Positions 37,495-46,526 of a stretch of 64,000 nt of DNA are shown one piece after another. The notes beneath the pieces are model-generated. The model was not told the DNA's origin and ran no database searches. It saw nothing but the letters and a program-made list of their open reading frames with translations. The stretch covers positions 930,001 through 994,000 of the forward strand of contig BQFW01000009.1 in NCBI GenBank assembly GCA_020891255.1, written 5' to 3'. The position numbers and the translations under genes are program-made. Every line of letters starts with the position of its first letter. Within the stretch, counting starts at the first letter, position 1. The stretch is from Entomortierella parvispora E1425. Lineage: Eukaryota; Fungi; Mortierellomycota.

Positions 37495-40400
37495 ATGGAG
37501 AGTGGAGAAGAGTCGTCGATCGTTGATCTGGACCCTTTGAACTCAGTCAGCCAGACAGGTTCATTATTGAACTCTGGGGATACGCAAATGGAGTTCCTTG
37601 CAGAGGTATTGCCAATACTTTACTTAAAGTCAGTCCAGGTCATGAAATGGCAAAGCTGATTTCGCAATGCTGATTGTGCATTTCGCTGCTCCATTAGATT
37701 GCACTCTCATTCGTTACGGACGCGCTTTTTTTGGAGAAAGCCAACGCGCTCCTTTTGAACGAACAGCAGCAGAGTGAAACTCTCCAGATTCGAGCGGAGA
37801 GTATTGTTCGGGATGGCGGGGCCAGCTTTCCATTAAACGACAACGTCGACAAAACCCTCTACATCCTCCAACGGCAGTTTGGCCTCGTTGTTGACGAAAC
37901 CAGCGACACTCTCTCCGCGTACATCGCCGCACTGATGAACAAAACCGTTCATGCAACCTTCCAGCTGATTGCACCCGAGTCTAATATCGACATTCCACCA
38001 TCAAACCTGCTTTTACGCGTTATCGCCCAACAGCTTGGTTTGACCATCATAGTGCTGTCAACGAGGTCAATGGCATTACAATATGGAAACGATTTCTCTT
38101 CGACCATCGTTCTGCTGGAGGCTGTGGATGCTTTCAAAAGCGTGCGAACCTACACCCCTCTATCATGCGCGTCGTGTACACCTGTCTATACTGCCACACC
38201 CTCTCCTACCGCGGAATTATCTTTGAATCCTATCGCCAAGTTCCGGGATCATAAAAGGGCTCGACATACCAAAGACAAGGGCATTGTCAATGTTGTGGTT
38301 GGAAAGAAATGCATCAGAGAAAGATGGTACGGAATTGATATTGAGACACTGCTCTGAGCCCCCAGCACATCTTACTAATCCGCCAATTGTAACAACTTTA
38401 GCGAGATCGTACTCCGAGGACTTGTGAAGGCCGCCGCACAGACAGCCTTCGACACGGCCATGAAAGGCAAGATTGCGTGCCCGCCCGACCTGTCTTTGTT
38501 GATGGAGCAGAAGTTTCCAGCCTTAGAGAAGAGGGAACTGGGGCGCAATCGGGTTCCGCCACACATTGTTCAGGAAGCTGTGCGGGATATGGAGCTTAAG
38601 ACTGGTCAGCCCGTGGGATCTGTTACGACTCAAGCCTTTAAAGCCAGACTCTGCGAAGAGAACTCTGACTTTTCATCGATACAAGTATATTTGGAAACTG
38701 CCGAAGAGAAACTTCGACAGATTTGGGACGGTTATGTGCTGGAACACCAACACAATGGCACTCAGGCATCCGTTGTAGCCCCAGCAAGCACCTCATCGTC
38801 CCCCTCATCAGGCAGCATTCAGAACTCTGAACCATCAAAGGAGGGAGCCGACGAGGAGCAAGAGCTGCGTATGTGCGATGCATCCCTTGGAAAGATCCTC
38901 CGGCCAGGAATGTACAAAGAAGCTGAGAGGATACTTACGGACAAGCAGACAAGAGTCTCCAACTATATCGACGAAGTGCAAGTTGCACTCCGGAAAGCGG
39001 CAATAGTGGTAAGAGACTGGCGGCTTGCTCTATTATCTCGTCATGTTACTTATTGGTTTATTTCTTTGCTTGACCAAACTATAGACATGTCAGGGACTTT
39101 TGCACACGCAGTCGGAAAACGTCGATTTGAAGTCGTTCCTTCCGAAAGATTTTAAAATAAGGGATCTTTCTCTCGAGAAGAACCCGGTCGTATCGATAGG
39201 AATTGTCTCCAGCACTTTTATGACAAAGTTTGTGAAGACAAAAGACCATGACAGCGATATCGACTCCGACCTCCTCAACCTCTTTGATCAGGCAACCATC
39301 CAACATCTTTCTTCGAGACTTATTTCAACAGCCTTGGCTTCCGAGCCCCCGCCCAAAAAGCAAAAGCTGGACAGTGGGGATATTGCTCCTGCTGATGATG
39401 AAGATGACGAGGAGGAAGATAACCAGGAAGATGATGGGGACGACAATACTGAGATCAAGGATGTCGGTGGTGCAAAGACCAGTAAGGGAAGGGTCCATCC
39501 AGCTTGGGACACATTGGCGTCTATTGTACAGCAAACCACAACCACCACCATCGACTACACTAAAGCGCCGCAAGGGATGGGCCAGGTGAAAAACGAGATG
39601 ATCCGGACCATGGCGACAAATATGAAAAACATTTGGAGCGGGGACATTTATGGTCACGTCAAGAAGGCAGTCGTTCGATACCTTGTCAGGATCCATCTTC
39701 GCCCTTTGAGTGAGAAGTGGTTTAGAGAGTATAAGCAAAAAATGGCCGAAGAAAAGAGAAAGGAAGCCAAGCGACGAAAGTCGATACCAAGATCCAGACA
39801 CAAACAGGCGAGAAGGAGGCATCGCAGCCTGCTGAATCAGCTTGACCACACAATCCACAAGTGTGAACTGCACTGGTCAGGATCGACACTCTACGTGCGG
39901 GATCAGGAGTCTGAAGCTACCGATGTGGAAGTCGAACATCCTTCGCTTTCCGACGGCATGGTCTCTTTGACCCCAAGCTCCCGTGTCTCTAGAGTCCAGA
40001 AGCTGCTCTATTTGATTGGGAACGGACCACTTCCTTTCAACGCCGAATCAGCTGCTGCTCCCACCGAGGGAGGCCACGATCTCTTGGACGCAGAGGGGAT
40101 CGACGACCAGGACGATGAGGTTGGCTTTGAGTTAGATGGGATCGACTGCCAGGAGGAAGATGGCAGTGGGGCAGACGAGTTCTACGACCAGGACGATGAG
40201 GATGGCTTCGACGAAGTTGTTGCTGAGTTGGAGGTCAGTGAGACAGTAAACGAACAACAGGCCAAGCAAGGTACAGTGATGGTGTGTGGCCACTGTATTT
40301 GTACTCGGTGAGTAGAGTATTAACACGTTCATTCATCTCATGATAGCGCGAAAAGCTGAACCTACATCGAAGCACGTGAAGGGGTTGGAAGTAGTCATCT

Positions 40401-42925
40401 GCAAACTGCTGGACTTGTCAGAAACGGATCTTCCGACTGTGATCACGGACGATGACTTCCGCGCTTACTTGTTCACGGGCCACAAGTTCCTGCACGACGA
40501 GATCAAAGTCGCGGCAGGAATCGTCAACTTGCTTCGCCCATTTGCCCCGAGGAAAGACAAATCTGGCCATATTCCACGGCACATACTGGCAACGGGACCA
40601 TTCGTCTACTTGGCAAATCTACTTTTACGAGCAATGGGATTTCAAGATTTCACCAGAGAGATTTCTCCCATCTCGTCTGCGGGTAGCATCCATGCCATTC
40701 CTTTAGGATCGATAGGATTGACGCAAGTCCTATGTTGTCCTGACAAGGGACACTTTGACGTCCACAGCCAGCGAGGAGAGTTACTTTCCAAACCAGAGCT
40801 AGCAGTCGATCATTCCTCTCTGATCTTTGCCGCGTTCTTCAAAATGGAAACAGTAAACTCCATTTGCAAAGCACATGGACTCGAGTTTGCGAACAGGTAA
40901 GCGATACAGAGCTGGTGAAGAGAGGCATGGTACATACAGAGCATTTTTTTCTAACGCACCTCATTTTCTATCGAACTTTAAAACGATCGTAGGATGATGT
41001 TTGTTGACCACCAGACTGTACGGATCCTGGGGCGTAAAACAAAACTAGGCGCACCTTCGGACTTGACGAAAAAGAAAGGAGGCAAAAAGGCTACAAGGAA
41101 GAACTGGCACCCATCGGATGCAGACCTCCGACAGTTGAAATTGGAAGAGTCCAAGTTGGACAAGTCTACGGCCAAGGAACGAGCGGCAGAGTTGGGAGAA
41201 GCGATTAAGGACAGCGAAATTGACATGAAGGGTCTAAATCGCCAAGCAGCAAAACTAGAGCTATCGGTTAAAAAATACAAATCAGAACTCCAGCAGCTCA
41301 AAGGAGACGATCACATGGCCGACGAAAGCGCAGAGGTCGAGGACTGCTTGAACAAGGATCGGCAAGAGCTCTACGACATACGACGTCAAATTATTCCGCA
41401 AAAAGTTGCCCTCAAAAGGTTGAAGCAGAAGAAGTACGACTACGACCGATACAGCAAATCCTCCTTGTCAGCACCGTCAAAAAAGAAGGACAGGGAGCAA
41501 CCTGACGCTCCAACTATGACTGCCCCAACTTTGAGCCGACCGGGCTGTATGAACAAGACCGAGTCCGTTGATATCAGCACACTTCTACGCGATATTGACG
41601 CCAACAATGCAGATCCAACGGCACGCAAAGTGCAACTTGTACCGGGGGGAACGGACCCAGGGTCCCACATACTTTTTAACACCGTCCCAGTCCCAATGGC
41701 TTCGCTCATCAAACTTCGGAACAGATTTGAGGTCTTGGCGGATGGAAAGGACCCGGACGATGGACTGCCGTCACTTGAGAGTATGAAGTTCCCTGATGCG
41801 CACCAGACAACCACTCAGCAGCTACGCCACCATGCTGGATTGAATAAGAGGGCAAAGAAACGACGTCGCTTGATTTCATCCAACAGAGCCGTGTCGGACG
41901 CCCATTCTCTGCTGGCCGAGAACTCCATTAAAAAAGCGCATTGCATCCAGGACGTTGAGCAAGCCCAGACAATCCGGAGAGGGACTCGCACGACTCTTCA
42001 AGGCTTTGAACAGTCAAAAAAAATGAAGAACAGCCGCCGAAGAGGAGAACTCGAGCTGAAACGCACATATGACAGGGCAGCTGCTGAAGAGAGGAAAGCG
42101 TTCGGGAAGCAACCTTGCGGTAAGTCGTGCAACTTGCAACTTCAGTCTTTAGTCTAGATTTTTTTTCGTGAGATGCAACGACAGACAACATCGTACTAAT
42201 TGCAAACTTTTCTGAAAATAGGTGAAGATGCGTTCACGAAAAAGCTAGAGAAGAACGGACAGTGCACCTCTTGCAATACACACCACCGACCCGAGCTTGT
42301 CCCAGATCCACAAGACCCCTCCAAACGTCGCCTAATCCTGAAGCACGTTACCGATTGTCCGAAGACCAAGCCCAGAGTAATACCCTTATTCTTACACGGC
42401 GCCGCTGGTTCTGGCGTAGGCTCCCGTCTGAAGGGTCGCGCTAAAATGGGTGGTAGTCAAATCCCTCAGAGGCACATGTGCTCCTCTCCGGTTTGCAAGA
42501 CCAACGAACATCTTTCTTCACAGACGTGCCCGCTATGCTTTCAGCTGCTTCGACTTGCAAGAGGGAGACGGTGGCGAAGAGGCATCCACAAGCTGGTCCG
42601 GCTACATGGGGCAGTCGAGTGTTTTAATCCAGATTGTGCTGCATTCAGGCGCGGATACACACAGAGAGGAAGAGACACGAACGCATCGATGAACATTGCT
42701 TTGGCAGGATTTTCGCTCCTGCTCTCACCAGAACGCCGCCCAATCGCGCCGTTCGACCCACAGGCCCCCGCTTGGGCGTGCCCAACAACAACAGACACCA
42801 GTGCGTCACCACCTGGATACCAAAAACTTTCCCCTCGCATCGAAGCAGATGCCGAAGCGGACGCGGATATCTGTCCGAGTTATGTAAGTACTCTAAGATC
42901 AAATTGCTTTCTGGCCCTATTATAA
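37495..42925 (+). CDS. Fanzor (eukaryotic TnpB-like, Fanzor1-type) RuvC nuclease, 7 exons, ~1,637 aa
   Basis: Exons 37495-37605, 37698-38326, 38402-39008, 39085-40270, 40347-40896, 40993-42119 and 42222-42925. All introns are GT-AG with matching phases (4,914 nt, no internal stop). RuvC-I: GTDPG (D at 41654). Gly at the canonical RuvC-II site (LFLHGAAG), with the alternative Glu in TNEHLSSQTCPLC (E at 42506). Zn finger: CPLC..CFNPDC. RuvC-III: RDTNASMNI (D at 42674). Confidence 0.88.
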
Positions 42926-43181
42926 TCGTTAGCCCGAGTTCAAATCGACCCACTTACTTTGTTTACGCTTCCGTTTTATGCTGACAGACACTGTAAATAA
43001 GGTCGTTTGCATTCAAAAAAAAAATATAAAAAACGCGGCTGGACGCCCATAGGTGAACCATGGACATCCTATATATATTAAAAGCGCAGTGGTCCGGCCC
43101 GTGGCCACCACCACCCATTTGTAAATCACGTGAGTGCGGAGCACGAACTCGAAATTTCTTCTGAGCCCAACTCTGTGACCA

Positions 43182-43670
43182 ATGGGCGCCCTCGAGCGGC
43201 AAGCTCGAGGCAAGCCGACGGAGGAGGCGCGCCATCCAACAATCTTTTTTGTTATGGCGCGCGAAGGCGTAAGCCTGAGCTAAGCTTCCGGGACGGAAGC
43301 TGCGCCATGGTGCCTTGACGGGAAACTTTTTTGTTATGGCGCGCGAAGGCGTAAGCCTGAGCTGAGCTTCCGGAACGGAAGCTGCGCCATGGTGCCTTGG
43401 TGGAACTGTGTTTCCACCCAACAATCTTCTTTGATCTTTGAATCAATTGTGTCTTTTGGGGGGAGTGCACCAGCGCGAACATTTTTTTTTTTTTTTTTTG
43501 GATGGCGCCCTCGAGCTGCAGGCTCGAGGTAAGCCGACGGAGGAGGCGCGCCATGGTGGAATCTGCTGTCATCTGTGCGCGAAGCGCACAGGTGAGGGCG
43601 TCAGCCCGAACCCAAAGCCCCGTCAATTCGAGGGCAAAGCCCGAGCTGAGCCTCCGGAGGAGGCGACCAT
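43182..43670 (+). ncRNA. Array of five structured GC-rich units (candidate omegaRNA locus, or ssDNA hairpin array)
   Basis: Units at 43182-43235, 43254-43308, 43336-43390, 43502-43554 and 43552-43670. Each is closed by ATGG(CGC/T)...(GCG/A)CCAT and has at least two internal hairpins (unit 1 has one extra G in the 5' strand). Units 2 and 3 form an 82-nt direct repeat; units 1 and 4 are near-identical. RNA identity is inferred, not shown. Confidence 0.4.
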
Positions 43671-44233
43671 ACCACCAAGGAAGCGACTGCTCCTGGGTAT
43701 CTTTTGAAAGAGAGTGAAGACTCGAACAATGGCAGATCAAATCGTGGCAGAAAAAAAAAAAAAAAAAAAAAAAAGTCCGACAACCTTGATCGAAATATAT
43801 GTGACCTTGAACCATGCACATCTTCCACAGGCCCTTTCTTGATCTCAGATCTTGGCCAAACCCCTGCATCCTTCCCACTCTCTTCTCTTCCCAATATCTT
43901 GGGCTCCACACCTGGGGCAGGCCCCGGGAATCTTCTAGGGTGAGGGCGCCAGCCCGAGCAATGACTCTTTCTCACTTTGAGGGTGAGGGCTCGCGCGGTG
44001 ACTTGCGCGTGAGGGCGTCAGCCCGAACCCGATGCCCATATTCGAGGGGACATTCGGCAGGACCAAAAAAAAAAAAAAGTGCGACAACCCAGGTGAAATT
44101 ATTTTGATCACCGACTATACTGGCTTTTATTCACCCTCCTTTTGATCCCGCAACGCTTCTCTCCCCTCCACCTCGCCCTTTATCCCCAGATCTTCTGACA
44201 CCACACCCGGGGCAGGCCCCGGGAATCTTCTAG
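43592..44233 (+). repeat. Duplicated subterminal module ending in hairpin + CTAG (two copies, ends at 43938 and 44233)
   Basis: CACACC(T/C)GGGGCAGGCCCCGGGAATCTTCTAG occurs twice, 295 nt apart. Each copy is preceded by a pyrimidine tract and (A)n-GT(C/G)CGACAACC. GTGAGGGCG(T/C)CAGCCCGA occurs at 43592, 43940 and 44009. Confidence 0.9.
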
Positions 44234-44394
44234 TGGTATAATATAATATAATTATATTCTCAAAATAGCGCGCGTTCATATTATATCCGCCTTGTCAAGA
44301 CCATCAGAGCACTTCTCCACAAACTGCATAAAACGATGCCGATTCTAGACGTACTTCCTCCCTTTCCAGCTCTTTCTCAGTCTTTATCACCATC

Positions 44395-45648
44395 ATGCCT
44401 CCTATTCGAACCCGTCTACGCCAGCGCCTCATCCAATCTCATGAGGCGGCTTACGCAAGGGCACTCTCAAACCACTTGCATGCGCAGAGCCGCCTTCCTC
44501 ATGGAGAACTCTCGAGTTTTTTCACGCTCGCCCGAATGCACCATGACACCCTTCAGGAGTTGTATCAAACTCGGTACGTCCGTCCTCGTGTCCGTCGCCC
44601 CGCTTCAGCCGCCCTTCGTAAGGTTCTCAGCGAGTACAACGACGACGACTTTATAAAGATCCTGCGTCTTTCCCGTGGCCAAGTCTCCGAGTTGATTGAT
44701 CTCATAATTCTGAGTCCACATTTCAAGATCAGAGATGGGGTAGATCGCCAACGAGCTATTGAGCTTCGTCTTTGGGTCACCCTCTTCCGCCTGGGGACTC
44801 GCGGTTGCTCGATAAACAAGGTTGCCTGGTTCTTCGGTATTGGGGTTGGATCGGTACAAATTTTCACGTGGCAGACCATCTATGCCATTGTCGATCTCCA
44901 AGCAGAGCTCATCACTTGGCCGGATGAAGAGCGCAAGGAGGAGATCGCTTCCTGGTTCAAGGACAAGATGTTTCCTGATGCCATTGGTGCTGTCGACGGT
45001 GTCCCCTTTCCATTCGAGATGGCCCCATCGTACAATACCCACGAGTGGAACACTTACAAATGCAAGCATGCCATGGGGGCAACGGCTGTCTGTGATCACC
45101 AAGGTCGTTTTACCTTCGTCTCAACTGGTTACGTTGGCTCTATGCATGATGCCCTCGCCTACAAAAAGTGTTCGCTCTATACCAGTGCCGATGATTTTTT
45201 CCGCGGCCGTCAGTATATTATCGGTGATGCCGCTTACATGGTTTCCAAGACCGTCATTCCTCGATACAGGATCCCACGTGGGTATCAACAGCGCTTCAAT
45301 ACCCTCCATGGTCAAGCGCGCGTCATCATTGAGCACGCGTTTGGTATGTTAAAGCTGAAGTTCCAGTCGCTGCAGAACCTGCCCATCAAAATTACTCGTC
45401 GTAGTGACATTGCCAAGGCTTCTTCCTGGGTCATGGCATGCATGATTCTTCACAATTTCGTCCGCGACCGTTCCAATGGTGAAGCCTGGGACAGCGATCT
45501 TGCAAGAATTGCGGCTATGCTACGCAAGCGGGATGAGGCTATCGAGGACGTACTTGATCCAATTCTTTTATCAAAGAACAACAGGCGCGAGGGTATGGAG
45601 CGGCGGGACAGGCTACTGTGGTGGATAGAGAGAAACGATCGACGTTAA
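44395..45648 (+). CDS. Harbinger/HARBI1-type DDE transposase (DDE_Tnp_4), 417 aa, intact
   Basis: HTH-like LRLSRGQV..IELRLWVTLFRLG..VAWFFGIGVGSV; catalytic GAVDG (D), IIGDAAY (D) and RVIIEHAFGMLKLKF (E); CMILHNF. Confidence 0.92.
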   Translation: MPPIRTRLRQRLIQSHEAAYARALSNHLHAQSRLPHGELSSFFTLARMHHDTLQELYQTRYVRPRVRRPASAALRKVLSEYNDDDFIKILRLSRGQVSELIDLIILSPHFKIRDGVDRQRAIELRLWVTLFRLGTRGCSINKVAWFFGIGVGSVQIFTWQTIYAIVDLQAELITWPDEERKEEIASWFKDKMFPDAIGAVDGVPFPFEMAPSYNTHEWNTYKCKHAMGATAVCDHQGRFTFVSTGYVGSMHDALAYKKCSLYTSADDFFRGRQYIIGDAAYMVSKTVIPRYRIPRGYQQRFNTLHGQARVIIEHAFGMLKLKFQSLQNLPIKITRRSDIAKASSWVMACMILHNFVRDRSNGEAWDSDLARIAAMLRKRDEAIEDVLDPILLSKNNRREGMERRDRLLWWIERNDRR

Positions 45649-45944
45649 ATTGATTGTTTCCAGTTAAGTGAATAAAAGCGATCCTTTGTCATGAAAGAGC
45701 TCGAGGAATTCACAAAAACCAACTAGTTCTCTTTGGAATACGAGAAAGGCCACGAAAGAAAGAAAAAAAAAAGGATAGAACTTTTTATCAAAACTACATT
45801 TCTCAGAGAACATTGACCATAGTAAATTACATGTTAAATAGACTTACATGGTATAATTATCTGAAAAGATGAGAGGGAAGAGGGGATATGATGGAGAAAG
45901 AAGCAAGTAACTAAACACTGTCTACATTAGAAACTACAGGTCAT

Positions 45945-46487
45945 TTAAGGTAGGGATTCTTCCATGAGACCCGGCTTATTTGAGGGAACCGGCTCCTTGG
46001 AAGATGACATTGACGGAGAGGATGGAGAGCGAGGCGCTCTGTTCATAATGCTGTTAGGGTGCCTGCTACACCACCTTTCCTTGATCCTCTCAAACTCTTC
46101 CATCTCCACTTGTAGCTCCTCCATACGGCGCTTGTAGCGGGCATCAGCTTTGGTCTCACGTTCTCGGTAATATTTCTCCTCATTATTGCGAATATCCTGA
46201 AGAATCCGGTTATGTTGATCTTCCATATCCTTCATTCTCTGTCCTAGACCGGTTTCACGCTCTAATACTGCCAACTCCCGAGCGGAAACAGCCCTCTCAC
46301 GCTCAACAAGGGCCCTCTCACGCTCAACAAGGGCCCTCTCACGCTCCGCAAGGTTTTCTTCCCGGATGCGACGCTCGTCAACAGATGCCATTGTTTGATT
46401 CTGATGTTCCTGCAGACTTGAAAATGTCCGATGAATCTCTTCTGCTGTTTTGAAATCCTCTTTTCGACGCTTGGACCCTAACCAACC

Positions 46488-46526
<39 letters not shown>

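Larger units (their letters stand above)
37305..44233 (+). mobile_element. Putative non-autonomous Helitron-type element carrying a Fanzor gene; 5' end uncertain
   Basis: 3' end: an 18-nt GC hairpin (44206-44223), then 6 nt, CTAG (44230-44233) and a flanking T. Candidate A|TC 5' ends are at 37305, 37351 and 37364, just after the copine stop and near AATAAA signals. No RepHel ORF is in the window. Confidence 0.55.

Noticed and set aside
42936-42947. Pol III B-box match GAGTTCAAATC upstream of the array
   Set aside because: A short consensus expected by chance many times in 64 kb, and no paired A-box was found.
43182-43670. CRISPR array interpretation of the repeats
   Set aside because: Eukaryotic context, no cas genes, units of unequal type and length (53-119 nt), and spacers that are not uniform or unique.
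43182-43670. tRNA, hammerhead or other known ribozyme
   Set aside because: No cloverleaf with T-loop/anticodon arm, and no CUGANGA/GAAA core in either orientation. An Rfam scan would still be worthwhile.
42963-43975. Several 60-220 aa ORFs over the hairpin array
   Set aside because: They are by-products of GC-rich palindromic repeats and A/T runs; the translations are repetitive with no domain.
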